DNA of 60,231 bases from Gaiellaceae bacterium. GTDB taxonomy: Bacteria; Actinomycetota; Thermoleophilia; Gaiellales; Gaiellaceae. A model generated the notes under the pieces. The model ran no database searches. It saw only the letters and a list, made by a program, of their open reading frames with translations, and was not told where the DNA came from. The stretch covers positions 1 to 60,231 of the forward strand of contig DATBMD010000225.1 of the NCBI GenBank assembly GCA_036555085.1. Direction: 5' to 3'. Below, one piece after another: positions 11,367-22,716 of the stretch. Each line of letters starts with the position of its first letter. Within the stretch, counting starts at the first letter, position 1. Both the position numbers and the translations under genes were made by a program.

Positions 11367-12116
11367 CTGACACGCATACACGTCACGGGCGCGACCGGGT
11401 ACCTCGGCGGCGCGCTGCTGCGGCTGCGTCCCGACGCGACCGGTGAGCGCGTCGACGTGCGCGACGCCGGCGCGGTGCGGTCGACGCTGGCCCGTCTTCG
11501 CCCCGACGTCGTCATCCACACCGCCTACCGCCAGGACGGGCCGGACGCACACGAGATCACGGTCGCCGGCGCGGAGCACGTCGCGCGTGCGGCCCGCGCC
11601 GCCGGCGCCCGGCTCGTCCACCTCTCCACCGACGTCGTCTTCGACGGCCGGAAGGGCGCCCCCTACGTCGAGGACGACCCGCCGTCGCCCGTGACCCGGT
11701 ACGGCCGGGACAAGGCCGAGGCAGAGGAGCGCGTCCTCGCCGCCCACCCGGACGCCCTCGTCGTGCGGACGTCGCTGATCTACGGCGGCCCGGGGGCGCC
11801 CGCCTCGAAGCACGAGCTGGCGGCGCGCGACCCGGGCGCGACGTTCTACGAGGACGAGATCCGCTGCCCGGTGCAGGTCGGGGACCTCGCGGCCGCCCTG
11901 CTCGAGCTCGCGGCCGCAGGCCTCGCCGGGCCGCTCCACGTCGCCGGCCCCGACGCGCTCTCGCGCGCGGAGCTCGCCGAGCTGGTCACCGGCGCGCCGG
12001 TCGACCGGGCGCCGGCGCCGCCCGGCCGGCCGCTCGACTGCACGCTCGACTCGTCGCGGGCGCGGAGCCTGCTCGCAACGGAGCTCCGGGGCGCCCGCGC
12101 CGTGCTGGGCGCGTAG
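11367..12116 (+). CDS. RmlD/RfbD-like (dTDP-4-dehydrorhamnose reductase-like) extended SDR; start probably non-canonical
   Basis: Rossmann motif [10 protein letters not shown] is in frame upstream of the track start (11457). LSTDVVFDG and YGRDK (YxxxK) motifs are present. Confidence 0.75.
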   Translation: MTRIHVTGATGYLGGALLRLRPDATGERVDVRDAGAVRSTLARLRPDVVIHTAYRQDGPDAHEITVAGAEHVARAARAAGARLVHLSTDVVFDGRKGAPYVEDDPPSPVTRYGRDKAEAEERVLAAHPDALVVRTSLIYGGPGAPASKHELAARDPGATFYEDEIRCPVQVGDLAAALLELAAAGLAGPLHVAGPDALSRAELAELVTGAPVDRAPAPPGRPLDCTLDSSRARSLLATELRGARAVLGA

Positions 12117-12142
12117 CCTGCCCCACCACGTACGGTGTCCGG

Positions 12143-14071
<1,929 letters not shown>

Positions 14072-14084
14072 CTGAAGGAGAACG

Positions 14085-14999
14085 ATGCGCGTCTGCCTGA
14101 TGATCGAGGGCCAGGAGGGCGTCACCTGGGAGGACTGGGTCGCGCTCGCGGGCGCCTGCGAGGAGCACGGCCTCGAGGGTCTGTTCCGCTCCGACCACTA
14201 CTCGTCGATCTTCTCGGCCGGCGGCGCGGACGCCCTCGACGCCTGGACGACGATCGCGGCGCTCTCGGTCGTCACGGGGCGCATCCGGCTCGGCACGCTC
14301 GTCTCGCCGGCCACGTTCCGGCACCCGTCGGTGGTGGCGCGGATGGTCGCCAGCGCCGACCACGTCTCGCAGGGCCGGGTCGAGCTCGGCGTCGGCGCCG
14401 GCTGGTACGAGCGCGAGCACCTCCAGAACGGCTTTCCGTTCCTCGACGCGCGCGAGCGCTTCCAGCTCTTCGCCGAGCACGTCGAGCTCGTCGTCCGCCA
14501 CTGGACCGAGGAGCGGTTCGACCACGACGGGCGGAGCTACCGGCTCGCAGACGCGAACAGCCTGCCGCGCCCGTTGCAGCGGCCACATCCGCCGCTGATC
14601 CTCGGCGGCTCGGCGAAGCCCCGCTCGGCGGCGCTCGCCGCCCGCTTCGCGAACGAGTACAACACCGTCTACGCGACGCCGGACGAGTGCCGGGCCCGCC
14701 GCGACGCGCTCTCACGTGCCTGCAGCGACGCCGGCCGCGATCCGGCCACGCTCTCCTTCTCGCTCATGACCGCGTGCGCGATCGGCAGCGACCGGGCCGA
14801 CGCCGACGACCGGCTCCGGCGCGTGCTCGAGCTGACGGGCCAGGCCGGGCCCGATCCCGGATGGCTCGCCGGTACCGTCGACGAGGTCGCGGCGCAGCTC
14901 GCGACGCTGGGCGAGGCGGGCGTCGAGCGTGTCTTCCTCCAGCACCTCGATCACCGGGACCTCGACGCCGTCGCGCTGATGGGCGAGCTGCGCGGGTAG
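14085..14999 (+). CDS. LLM-class, probably F420-dependent, oxidoreductase
   Basis: MIEGQEGVTW, FRSDHY, GTLVSPATFRHP and ELGVGAGW motifs. Confidence 0.85.
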   Translation: MRVCLMIEGQEGVTWEDWVALAGACEEHGLEGLFRSDHYSSIFSAGGADALDAWTTIAALSVVTGRIRLGTLVSPATFRHPSVVARMVASADHVSQGRVELGVGAGWYEREHLQNGFPFLDARERFQLFAEHVELVVRHWTEERFDHDGRSYRLADANSLPRPLQRPHPPLILGGSAKPRSAALAARFANEYNTVYATPDECRARRDALSRACSDAGRDPATLSFSLMTACAIGSDRADADDRLRRVLELTGQAGPDPGWLAGTVDEVAAQLATLGEAGVERVFLQHLDHRDLDAVALMGELRG

Positions 15000-15008
15000 T
15001 CTCCGCGC

Positions 15009-16805
15009 ATGGCGACCACAGAGCAGCGCACCGGTGCAGAGGAGGTCGAGTGGGACCTCTCGGATCTCTATTCGGGCCCTGACGACCCGAAGCTCGAGCA
15101 GGAGGCGGCCGACGCGGAGTCGTCGGGGGCCGCGTTCCGCGAGCGCTATCACGGCAAGGTCGGCGAGCTCGACGCTGCCGGCCTCGCGGAGGCGGTCGCG
15201 GAGCGCGAGCGGATCGAGTCGGCGATGGACCGCGCGCTCACCTTCGCGCACCTTCGCTTCTCGACCAACATGGGCGAGCCCGAGCGCGGAGCGCTGGTCA
15301 GCCGCCTGCAGGAGCGCGCGGCCGCGCTCGACACGCAGCTGCTCTTCTTCCCGCTCGAATGGGCCGCGCTCGACGACGCGGCCGCCGAGGCGCTGCTCGA
15401 ACAGCCGGAGCTCGACCGCTGGCGCCACTTCCTCCGCTCGCTGCGGAAGTTCCGCCCGCACCTGCTCACCGAGCCCGAGGAGCGCATCGTCACCGAGAAG
15501 ACCGTCTCCGGCTCCTCCGCCTGGTCGCGCCTGTTCGAGGAGCTGCTGGGCGCGCTGAAGGTCGAGCTCGACGGCGAGCAGGTCGGGCTCGAGCAGGCCA
15601 TGTCGCGGCTCTACGACACGGACCGCACTACGCGCCGCGAGGTCGCCGAGGCGATCACGGCCTCGCTGCAGCCGGGGCTCCGCACCCGGGTGTTCGTCTT
15701 CAACACGCTCCTGCTCGACAAGTCGATCGACGACCGGCTCCGCAGCTACCCGACGTGGATCTCGTTCCGTAACCTCGCGAACGAGACGACGGACGAGGCG
15801 GTGCAGGCGCTCGTCGACGCCGCGGTGTCCCGCTACGACGTGCCGCAACGCTACTACCGGCTGAAGGCGCGCCTGCTCGGCGTCGACCGGATCGAGCACT
15901 ACGACCGCTTCGCCCCGGTGGCGGAGGCGAGCGCCCAGACGGACTGGGAGGAGGCGCGGCGTCTCGTCGTCGATGCGTACGCGGCGTTCTCCGGCGATGC
16001 CGGCGAGATCGTCGACGGCTTCTTCACCCGCAACTGGATCGACGCGCCCGTCCGGCCCGACAAGCGCACCGGCGCCTACTGCGCGACAACCGTCCCCGGC
16101 GTGCACCCCTATGTCTTCATGAACTTCACCGGCGAGCGGCGCTCGGTGCTGACGCTCGCCCACGAGCTCGGCCACGCGCTGCACGGCGTGCTCGCGCAGC
16201 CGCTCGGCCTCTACAACGCGTCGACCCCGCTGACGACGGCCGAGACCGCCTCCGTCTTCGGAGAGGCGCTCACGTTCAAGAGCCTGCTCGCCGCCGAGGA
16301 CGATCCACGGCGCAAGCTCGACCTGCTGACCGGCCGGATCGAGGACGCGATCGCGACGACGTTCCGCCAGATCGCGATGAACCGTTTCGAGGACGCGGTC
16401 CACACGGCCCGCCGGAACGACGGCGAGCTGGCGCCGGACCGGCTCGAGGAGCTGTGGCTCGAGGCGCAGGCGACGCTGTTCGGAGACTCGGTCGGCCTCG
16501 ACGGCTACGGCAGCTGGTGGAGCTACATCCCGCACTTCGCGTCCGCCCCGGGCTACGTCTACGCCTACGCGTACGGCTACCTGTTCTCGCTCGCGGTCTT
16601 CCGGCGCTACGAGCAGGAGGGGGACGCGATGGTGGAGCCCTACTTCGACCTGCTGCGGGCCGGTGGGTCGCGCCCGCCGGAGGAGCTCGCGCACCTGGTC
16701 GGGCTCGACCTCACCGATCCGGCGATCTGGGCCTCGGGCATCGACGCCCTCTCCGAGCAGCTCGACGAGGCGGAGCGGCTGGCCGCCGAGATCGGCCTGG
16801 GATGA
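15009..16805 (+). CDS. M3B oligoendopeptidase F-like peptidase
   Basis: WDLSDLY, HELGH zinc motif, AETAS and WSYIPHF motifs. Confidence 0.92.
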   Translation: MATTEQRTGAEEVEWDLSDLYSGPDDPKLEQEAADAESSGAAFRERYHGKVGELDAAGLAEAVAERERIESAMDRALTFAHLRFSTNMGEPERGALVSRLQERAAALDTQLLFFPLEWAALDDAAAEALLEQPELDRWRHFLRSLRKFRPHLLTEPEERIVTEKTVSGSSAWSRLFEELLGALKVELDGEQVGLEQAMSRLYDTDRTTRREVAEAITASLQPGLRTRVFVFNTLLLDKSIDDRLRSYPTWISFRNLANETTDEAVQALVDAAVSRYDVPQRYYRLKARLLGVDRIEHYDRFAPVAEASAQTDWEEARRLVVDAYAAFSGDAGEIVDGFFTRNWIDAPVRPDKRTGAYCATTVPGVHPYVFMNFTGERRSVLTLAHELGHALHGVLAQPLGLYNASTPLTTAETASVFGEALTFKSLLAAEDDPRRKLDLLTGRIEDAIATTFRQIAMNRFEDAVHTARRNDGELAPDRLEELWLEAQATLFGDSVGLDGYGSWWSYIPHFASAPGYVYAYAYGYLFSLAVFRRYEQEGDAMVEPYFDLLRAGGSRPPEELAHLVGLDLTDPAIWASGIDALSEQLDEAERLAAEIGLG

Positions 16806-16907
16806 CGGCTTCCGGCTAACCGCGGGCGCGGTCCGGGCGTCCTACTTGGCGACATCGTGCAGGGGCGCTACGCTCGCCCCATCACGGCACCTCGTAAAGG
16901 AGTCTGC

Positions 16908-18170
16908 ATGCGAAAGGGGTTGCTCATCGGGCTCGCGCTCGCCGGGGTGCTCGCCCTGACGGCGACGGGAGGGACAGCCGCCACGAGCCAGGCGACGCCG
17001 GGGGTGACGGCGAAGAACATCACCATCGGCAGCACGTTCCCGCTGACCGGTCCTGCCTCGTCCTACGGGGTCATCCCCGGGGCGATGAAGGCCTACTTCA
17101 GCTACGTCAACAAGCGGAAGGGCCCGGACGGCAAGCGCGGCGTCTACGGCCGCCAGATCATCTTCAAGGTCTACGACGACGGCTACAACCCGGCGAACAG
17201 CGTGCAGCTGACCCGCCGCCTCGTCGAGCAGGACAAGGTGTTCGCGGTCGTCGGCCAGCTCGGGACCGAGGTCAACGTCGCGGTGCAGCCGTACCTGAAC
17301 CAGGCGAAGGTGCCGCACGTCCTCGTCTCGTCGGGCGCGAGCACCTGGTACCGCGACTTCAAGGAGTTTCCGTGGACGGGGGGCTGGCAGCCGGACTACG
17401 AGTTCGAGTCGAGGCTCTACGGGCAGGCGATCGCCCGGAACAGCCCCAACGCCAAGATCGCCATCCTGTACCAGAACGACGACTACGGGAAGGACTACGT
17501 CCGCGGGCTCAAGGCCGGCCTCGGGGCGAAGGCCTCGAACATCGTCGGCGAGGAGTCGTTCGAGGTGACGGCCACGGACGTCCGCTCGCAGGTGGCGAAG
17601 CTGCGCAGCACCGGGGCGACGATCTTCGCGATCTTTGCCACGCCACGCTTCACCGGCCAGGCATACGTGTTCGCACGTCTTACCGGCTGGAACCCGCCGG
17701 TGATCTACACGAACTCGGTCTCCGCCACCGACACCATCCTGACGGCCGCGCGCGCCGGGGGTGCCGGTGACCTCGTCAACAACACCTACAGCGTCCAGTA
17801 CCTCAAGGATCCCGCGAATCCGAAGTGGGACAGCGACGCGGGAATGAAGCTCTACAAGCAGGTGATGTCGACGTACGCACCGAGCTCGCTCGTGACGAAC
17901 GGCCTCAACTACTACGGGGTCGCCGTCGCGCACGCGTTCGTCCAGCTGCTCTACAAGGCCGGGCGGAACCCGACGCGCGACAGCCTGATGAAGGCCTACC
18001 GGACCTGGAACGAGGCGAACATCTTCGCGCTTCCGGGCAACAAGCAGGTGACCAAGGGGAACGACCAGGTGCCCATCGCCTGCGACCAGATCGTGAAGTT
18101 CACCGACGGGACCTTCCGGTCCGTCTCCAGGCTCAAGTGCGCGAGCCCCAGCGCCAGCGCAGCCGGCTGA
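16908..18170 (+). CDS. Branched-chain amino acid-type (Liv family) ABC substrate-binding protein, orphan copy
   Basis: AAAGGAG ribosome-binding site, signal peptide, YDDGYNP and YQNDDYGKD motifs. Paralogous to 47596..48837. Confidence 0.85.
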   Translation: MRKGLLIGLALAGVLALTATGGTAATSQATPGVTAKNITIGSTFPLTGPASSYGVIPGAMKAYFSYVNKRKGPDGKRGVYGRQIIFKVYDDGYNPANSVQLTRRLVEQDKVFAVVGQLGTEVNVAVQPYLNQAKVPHVLVSSGASTWYRDFKEFPWTGGWQPDYEFESRLYGQAIARNSPNAKIAILYQNDDYGKDYVRGLKAGLGAKASNIVGEESFEVTATDVRSQVAKLRSTGATIFAIFATPRFTGQAYVFARLTGWNPPVIYTNSVSATDTILTAARAGGAGDLVNNTYSVQYLKDPANPKWDSDAGMKLYKQVMSTYAPSSLVTNGLNYYGVAVAHAFVQLLYKAGRNPTRDSLMKAYRTWNEANIFALPGNKQVTKGNDQVPIACDQIVKFTDGTFRSVSRLKCASPSASAAG

Positions 18171-18191
18171 GCCCGGCGAAGAGCTAGGGTC

Positions 18192-18221
18192 AACGGGGCC
18201 GGCCGTCGCGCCGGCCCCGTT
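18192..18221 (+). terminator. GC-rich hairpin, a likely terminator or mRNA-stabilising stem
   Basis: 12-bp perfect stem aacggggccggc / gccggccccgtt with a 6-nt loop, just after the stop at 18170. Confidence 0.6.
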
Positions 18222-18246
18222 CCGTTCCCGAGCCCGAGGAGTGCCG

Positions 18247-19410
18247 ATGCCCGAAGCCGTCGTCGTCGCCGCGTCCCGCACCCCGATCGGCCGCGCCGCG
18301 AAGGGCTCGCTTGTCGACGTCCGGCCCGACGACCTCGCCGCCTTCGCGGTTCGCGACGTGCTGCGGAAGGCGCCCGGGCTCGACCCGGCAGGGGTCGTCG
18401 ACGTGATCGTCGGCTGCGGCTTCCCGCAGGAGGAGCAGGGGATGAACCTCGGCCGGCGCGTGGCGCTGCTGGCCGGGCTCCCGGAGACGGTGCCCGGCAC
18501 GACCGTCAACCGCTTCTGCGCCTCGTCGCTGCAGACGGTGCGGATGGCGTTCCACGCGATCCGGGCGGGGGAGGGCGACTGCTTCGTCGCCGCCGGCGTC
18601 GAGTCGATCACGCGCGTCAGCGGCTACCCGAAGTCGGCGGAGGAGCTCCACCCGCAGCTCTTCGGCGACGACGCCGAGATCGCGAACGTCTACATCCCGA
18701 TGGGGCTGACCGCGGAGAACGTGGCCGAGCGCTGGGACGTCTCGCGCGAGGACATGGACCTGTTCGCCCAGCGCTCGCAGGAGCGGGCGGTGGCCTCCCA
18801 GCGCGACGGCTTCTTCGAACGGGAGCTGACGCCGTACGAGAAGCCGGACGGCACCGTGGTCGCCTCCGACGACGGGCCGCGGCCCGACTCGACGCTCGAG
18901 CGCCTCGCGGCGCTGGAGCCGGCGTTCAAGCCGGGCGGCAAGGTCACCGCCGGCAACGCCTGCCCGCTCAACGACGGCGCCGCCGCGGTGCTCGTGACGA
19001 GCGACGAGCGCGCCCGCGAGCTCGGCCTCGAGCCCCGGGCCAGGATCCTGGCATCGTCCGTGTCGGGCGTCGCCCCGGAGATCATGGGCGTCGGGCCGAT
19101 CGAGGCCGTCCGCACGGTGCTCGACCGCGCCGGCATGACGATCGACGACGTCGACGTGGTGGAGCTGAACGAGGCGTTCGCCGCCCAGGTGCTCCCGGTC
19201 TGCCGCGAGCTCGGGATCGACCCGTTCGGCGAGAAGCTGAACCCGCACGGCGGCGCGATCGCGCTCGGCCATCCCTACGGCATGACCGGGGCCCGGATCA
19301 TGTGCACGCTCCTCAACGACCTCGAGACGCTCGACGCCGAGATCGGCCTCGAGACGATGTGCGTCGGCGGCGGTCAGGGCATGGCAATGCTGCTCCAGCG
19401 CCTCCGCTGA
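18247..19410 (+). CDS. Acetyl-CoA acyltransferase (thiolase)
   Basis: RTPIG, NRFCASSL (catalytic Cys), NEAFA, GHPYGMTG and CVGGGQG motifs. Confidence 0.93.
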   Translation: MPEAVVVAASRTPIGRAAKGSLVDVRPDDLAAFAVRDVLRKAPGLDPAGVVDVIVGCGFPQEEQGMNLGRRVALLAGLPETVPGTTVNRFCASSLQTVRMAFHAIRAGEGDCFVAAGVESITRVSGYPKSAEELHPQLFGDDAEIANVYIPMGLTAENVAERWDVSREDMDLFAQRSQERAVASQRDGFFERELTPYEKPDGTVVASDDGPRPDSTLERLAALEPAFKPGGKVTAGNACPLNDGAAAVLVTSDERARELGLEPRARILASSVSGVAPEIMGVGPIEAVRTVLDRAGMTIDDVDVVELNEAFAAQVLPVCRELGIDPFGEKLNPHGGAIALGHPYGMTGARIMCTLLNDLETLDAEIGLETMCVGGGQGMAMLLQRLR

Positions 19411-19421
19411 CGCCACCGGCC

Positions 19422-19547
19422 GCGCTCGGCTCCCGCCGGGCGGAGCCCGGCTCCGCCGAGCGCTCGCGCCGCTGAGCGCACGCGGCTCTCCGGGGTTGTG
19501 CTCCAGCACTATCCCCTCCGGCCGCGCACGCTCAGCGACGCGCCGGA
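19422..19547. repeat. Compound palindromic (REP-like) element between convergent genes
   Basis: Stem ggcggagc / gctccgcc, plus a long imperfect hairpin gctgagcg..gcggc..gggg..gtgct / agcac..cccc..gccgc..cgctcagc. Confidence 0.55.
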
Positions 19548-19573
19548 GGCATCAGCGGCTGTCGTAGCCGGGG

Positions 19574-20251
19574 CTAAGCCTCCTCGCGCAGCCGGCGAGC
19601 CGGCCGGTACTCCTGCCAGTAGCCCTCCATCGTCGTGAGGCGCGTCGACGAGTGAGCGAGGTCGGTGGGCGCGACGTTGACCGCGCGCACGATCCACTCG
19701 TCGCCGACGTCCAGCACGTTGACGCAGCCCGGCGCCTGCTCGAAGTGACCGAGGAACGTGCGCTCGCCCGTGAGCGCGTACGAGATGATCGCCCGGTTGA
19801 CGCCGCCGTGGAGAACGGCCAGGACGGTGTCCCAGCTCTCGTCGGCGAGCAGCCGGTCGAGGGCGGGCAGGACGCGGTCGAAGAGCGAGCCGATCGTCTC
19901 GCCGCCCAGGAAGCGCTTCTCGACCGGGACGACGCCGCGGAACGCGTGGACGAACGTCTCCTCGAGCTCGTCCGGGGGGATCGACGAGAGCCGGGCGCCC
20001 TTGATCTCCTGCAGCTCCGGCCACTCCTCCAGCTCGTGCTCCGGCGCGACGATCCGCGCCGTCTCGACGGTGCGCGGCAGGCCGCTGGCGAGCACGCGGT
20101 CGAACAGGACGGGCTCGAGCAGCCGCGCCGCCGCCGCGGCCTGCCTCCGTCCCTCCTCGGTCAGCGAGACGTCGTCGGGGGCGACGGGACGCCCAGCGCC
20201 GTCGAAGTACGCGACTGCGCCGTGGCGCATCAGGTACAGGCGTCGTCTCAC
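19574..20251 (-). CDS. Histidine phosphatase (phosphoglycerate mutase-like) family protein
   Basis: LYLMRHG, SGLPRTVETA and VLHGGVNR motifs. Confidence 0.9.
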   Translation of the reverse strand: MRRRLYLMRHGAVAYFDGAGRPVAPDDVSLTEEGRRQAAAAARLLEPVLFDRVLASGLPRTVETARIVAPEHELEEWPELQEIKGARLSSIPPDELEETFVHAFRGVVPVEKRFLGGETIGSLFDRVLPALDRLLADESWDTVLAVLHGGVNRAIISYALTGERTFLGHFEQAPGCVNVLDVGDEWIVRAVNVAPTDLAHSSTRLTTMEGYWQEYRPARRLREEA

Positions 20252-20264
20252 GACCGCCGCGCGA

Positions 20265-21287
20265 TCACAGGACCAGCTCGGCGAGCAGCCGCAGCGCCTC
20301 CGGCTGCTGCGCCTGCAGGATCAGCGTCGTCGCGCCGCACGCGCGCCACGCGTCCAGCCGGTCGGCGATCCGGGCACGATCGCCGACGAGCGCGATCTCG
20401 TCCACGAGCGCGTCCGGCACGGCGGCCGCGGCGTCCCCCTTCCGGCCGTCGAGGTAGAGCTCCTCGATCCGCGCCGCTTCGTCCTCGAAGCCGTACCGCC
20501 GCGCCAGGCGGTTGTAGAAGTTGCGCCCGGGAGCGCCCATCCCGCCGACGTAGAGCGCGAGCGTCGGCTTGAGCAGATCGCGGCACCCCTGTACGTCGTC
20601 GTCCACGACCACCGGGACGAGCGGCGCGAGGTCCCAGCGCTCGGGCCGGCCGCCGCGCGCCGCGAACCCCTCCTCGAGCGCGACCGCGTGCACGTCCGCG
20701 AAGCGCTCCGGCGAGAAGAAGATCGGCAGCCAGCCGTCGGCGATCTCCGCCGCGAGCGCGACGTTCTTCGGCCCGATCGCCGCCAGGTAGATCGGCACGT
20801 CGGCGCGGCGCGGGTGGACGATGAGCTTCAGCGGCTTGCCGAGGCCCGTCGCGTCCGGGCCCCGGTAGGGGATGTCGTAGTGCTCGCCGTGATGCTCGAG
20901 CGGTGACTCGCGGCGGAGGATCGTGCGCACGATCTCGACGTACTCGCGCGTCCGCACGAGCGGCTTCCCCCAGCGCTGGCCGTGCCAGCCCTCGGCGACC
21001 TGTGGCCCCGACGTGCCGAGGCCGAGCAGCACCCGTCCTCCGGAGAGGAGGTCGAGCGTCGCCACCGTCGACGCGGTCGCCGCCGGCGAGCGCGCCGGCA
21101 TCTGCATGATCGAGCTGCCGACGTTGATCCGGTCGGTGCGCCCGGCGACCCAGGCCATCGGCGAGACGGCGTCCGTTCCGTACGCCTCCGACGTCCAGAC
21201 GGAGTGGAACCCGAGCCGGTCGGCCTCCTCGGCGAGCGCCACCGCGCCCACGGGGTCGTTGTATCCGAGTTGCAGGCCGAGCCGCAC
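20265..21287 (-). CDS. LLM-class F420-dependent oxidoreductase
   Basis: [30 protein letters not shown] and LYVGGMGA motifs. Confidence 0.88.
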   Translation of the reverse strand: MRLGLQLGYNDPVGAVALAEEADRLGFHSVWTSEAYGTDAVSPMAWVAGRTDRINVGSSIMQMPARSPAATASTVATLDLLSGGRVLLGLGTSGPQVAEGWHGQRWGKPLVRTREYVEIVRTILRRESPLEHHGEHYDIPYRGPDATGLGKPLKLIVHPRRADVPIYLAAIGPKNVALAAEIADGWLPIFFSPERFADVHAVALEEGFAARGGRPERWDLAPLVPVVVDDDVQGCRDLLKPTLALYVGGMGAPGRNFYNRLARRYGFEDEAARIEELYLDGRKGDAAAAVPDALVDEIALVGDRARIADRLDAWRACGATTLILQAQQPEALRLLAELVL

Positions 21288-21305
21288 GCGACGATCCTAC
21301 TCGCC
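21288..21305. promoter_or_regulatory. Putative bidirectional promoter with overlapping -10 elements for two leaderless genes
   Basis: Minus-strand TAGGAT (21294-21299) is 6 nt before GTG 21287. Plus-strand GATCCT (21293-21298) is 7 nt before GTG 21306. Confidence 0.5.
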
Positions 21306-22511
21306 GTGTCCGCCGCGCTCTTCCCGCCCGAGTACCTCGCTCAGCGTGCGCGCTACCGGGCATTCATGGACGAGCACGTCTACCCGGCGGAGGCGGCCAT
21401 CCACCGCGAGGACGACGCGGCGCTCGCGCTGGTCACGGAGCTCCAGGGCCGTGCCCGGGAGGCGGGGCTGTGGGCGCCGCACATGCCGCCGGAGGCGGGC
21501 GGCACCGGCGAGGGCTTCCTCTACTACGCGTGCATGAACGAGGAGATCGGGCGCTCGTCGTACGCCCAGCTCGTCTTCGGCTGCCAGGCGCCCGACGCCG
21601 GCAACGCGGAGATCCTGCACCTGTTCGGTACGCCCGACCAGCAGGAGCGCTGGCTGCGCCCGCTCGTGGCGGGTGAGGCGCGCTCGTTCTTCTCGATGAC
21701 CGAGCCCGACGTTGCCGGCTCCGACCCGACGACGCTACGGACCTCAGCCCGCCGGGACGGCGGCGAATGGGTGATCGACGGGCACAAGTGGTTCTCGTCC
21801 GGCGCGGAGGGAGCGTCGTTCGCGATCGTGATGGCCGTCACCGACCCGGAGGCGAAGCCGCACCGGCGCGCCTCGCAGATCATCGTCCCGGCGGACGCGC
21901 CCGGCGTCGAGCTCGTGCGCCCGATCCCGGTGCTGGGGCACACGGGCCGCGGCTGGTCGACGCATTGCGAGGTGCGCTACTCGGGCGTCCGCGTCCCAGT
22001 CGAGAACACGCTCGGCGAGCCTGGCGACGGGTTCCGGATCGCCCAGAAGCGGCTCGGGCCGGGCCGGATCCACCACGTGATGCGCTGGCTCGGCCAGATG
22101 CAGCGCGCGTTCGAGCTGATGTGCTCCTATGCGCTCGAGCGGGAGGCGTTCGGCGGTCCGCTCGCAGAGAAGCAGACCGTGCAGAGCTGGATCGCGGACT
22201 CGGCGGCCGAGATCCAGGCCTGTCGCCTGCTGACGATGGAGGCCGCCCGCCGGATCGACGGGGGAGACGAGGCGCGCGTCGAGGTCTCGCTGCTCAAGTT
22301 CTACGCCGCCCGGGTGCTCGGCGACGTGATCGACCGCGCGGTGCAGGTGCACGGCGCCCGCGGCCTCACCGACGAGACGCCGCTGGCCGGGATGCTGTTG
22401 CAGGCGCGGGGCGCGCGCATCTACGACGGCCCCGACGAGGTGCATCGGATGGTCGTCGCGCGCCGCATCCTGAAGGCGTTCGCGGACGGCGACGGCTGGC
22501 GCTTCAGCTGA
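21306..22511 (+). CDS. Acyl-CoA dehydrogenase (ACAD10/11-like, FadE2 type)
   Basis: CQAPDAGNAE, FSMTEP, GHKWFSSGA, RLGPGRIHH and IYDGPDEVH motifs. Confidence 0.9.
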   Translation: MSAALFPPEYLAQRARYRAFMDEHVYPAEAAIHREDDAALALVTELQGRAREAGLWAPHMPPEAGGTGEGFLYYACMNEEIGRSSYAQLVFGCQAPDAGNAEILHLFGTPDQQERWLRPLVAGEARSFFSMTEPDVAGSDPTTLRTSARRDGGEWVIDGHKWFSSGAEGASFAIVMAVTDPEAKPHRRASQIIVPADAPGVELVRPIPVLGHTGRGWSTHCEVRYSGVRVPVENTLGEPGDGFRIAQKRLGPGRIHHVMRWLGQMQRAFELMCSYALEREAFGGPLAEKQTVQSWIADSAAEIQACRLLTMEAARRIDGGDEARVEVSLLKFYAARVLGDVIDRAVQVHGARGLTDETPLAGMLLQARGARIYDGPDEVHRMVVARRILKAFADGDGWRFS

Positions 22512-22570
22512 GCGCCTCCGCGGCAGCGAGCGTCGACCCCCCGGCCCACCGGTGTCCCGCGGGCTCGACC

Positions 22571-22708
22571 TGTGCACAGGATGGCTGTGGACAAATCGTT
22601 ACGAAGTTGGCGCAATCCACACCGTCCGCGCGGGCCATGTCCGGGGTCAGACCCCGGACATGGCCCCTCGGGACGCGTCCGCGGCAGCCAGGGAACCGCT
22701 GTGGAAAA
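22571..22708. promoter_or_regulatory. Cluster of four DnaA-box-like 9-mers
   Basis: TGTGCACAG at 22571, TGTGGACAA at 22586 (actinobacterial consensus), CAATCCACA at 22613 and TGTGGAAAA at 22700. Confidence 0.4.
22632..22666. repeat. Perfect 17-bp inverted repeat (REP-like element or bidirectional terminator)
   Basis: gggccatgtccggggtc-a-gaccccggacatggccc, between convergent genes. Confidence 0.75.
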
Positions 22709-22716
22709 AGGGCGTT

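Noticed and set aside
19574-20251. Histidine phosphatase as the missing histidinol-phosphatase
   Set aside because: It is 34 kb from the his genes, follows an F420 enzyme gene, and shows no operator or other link to histidine synthesis.
22512-22716. Replication origin (oriC)
   Set aside because: No dnaA or dnaN is nearby, there are only four boxes, and no clear AT-rich unwinding element is present. It is kept only as a DnaA-box cluster.
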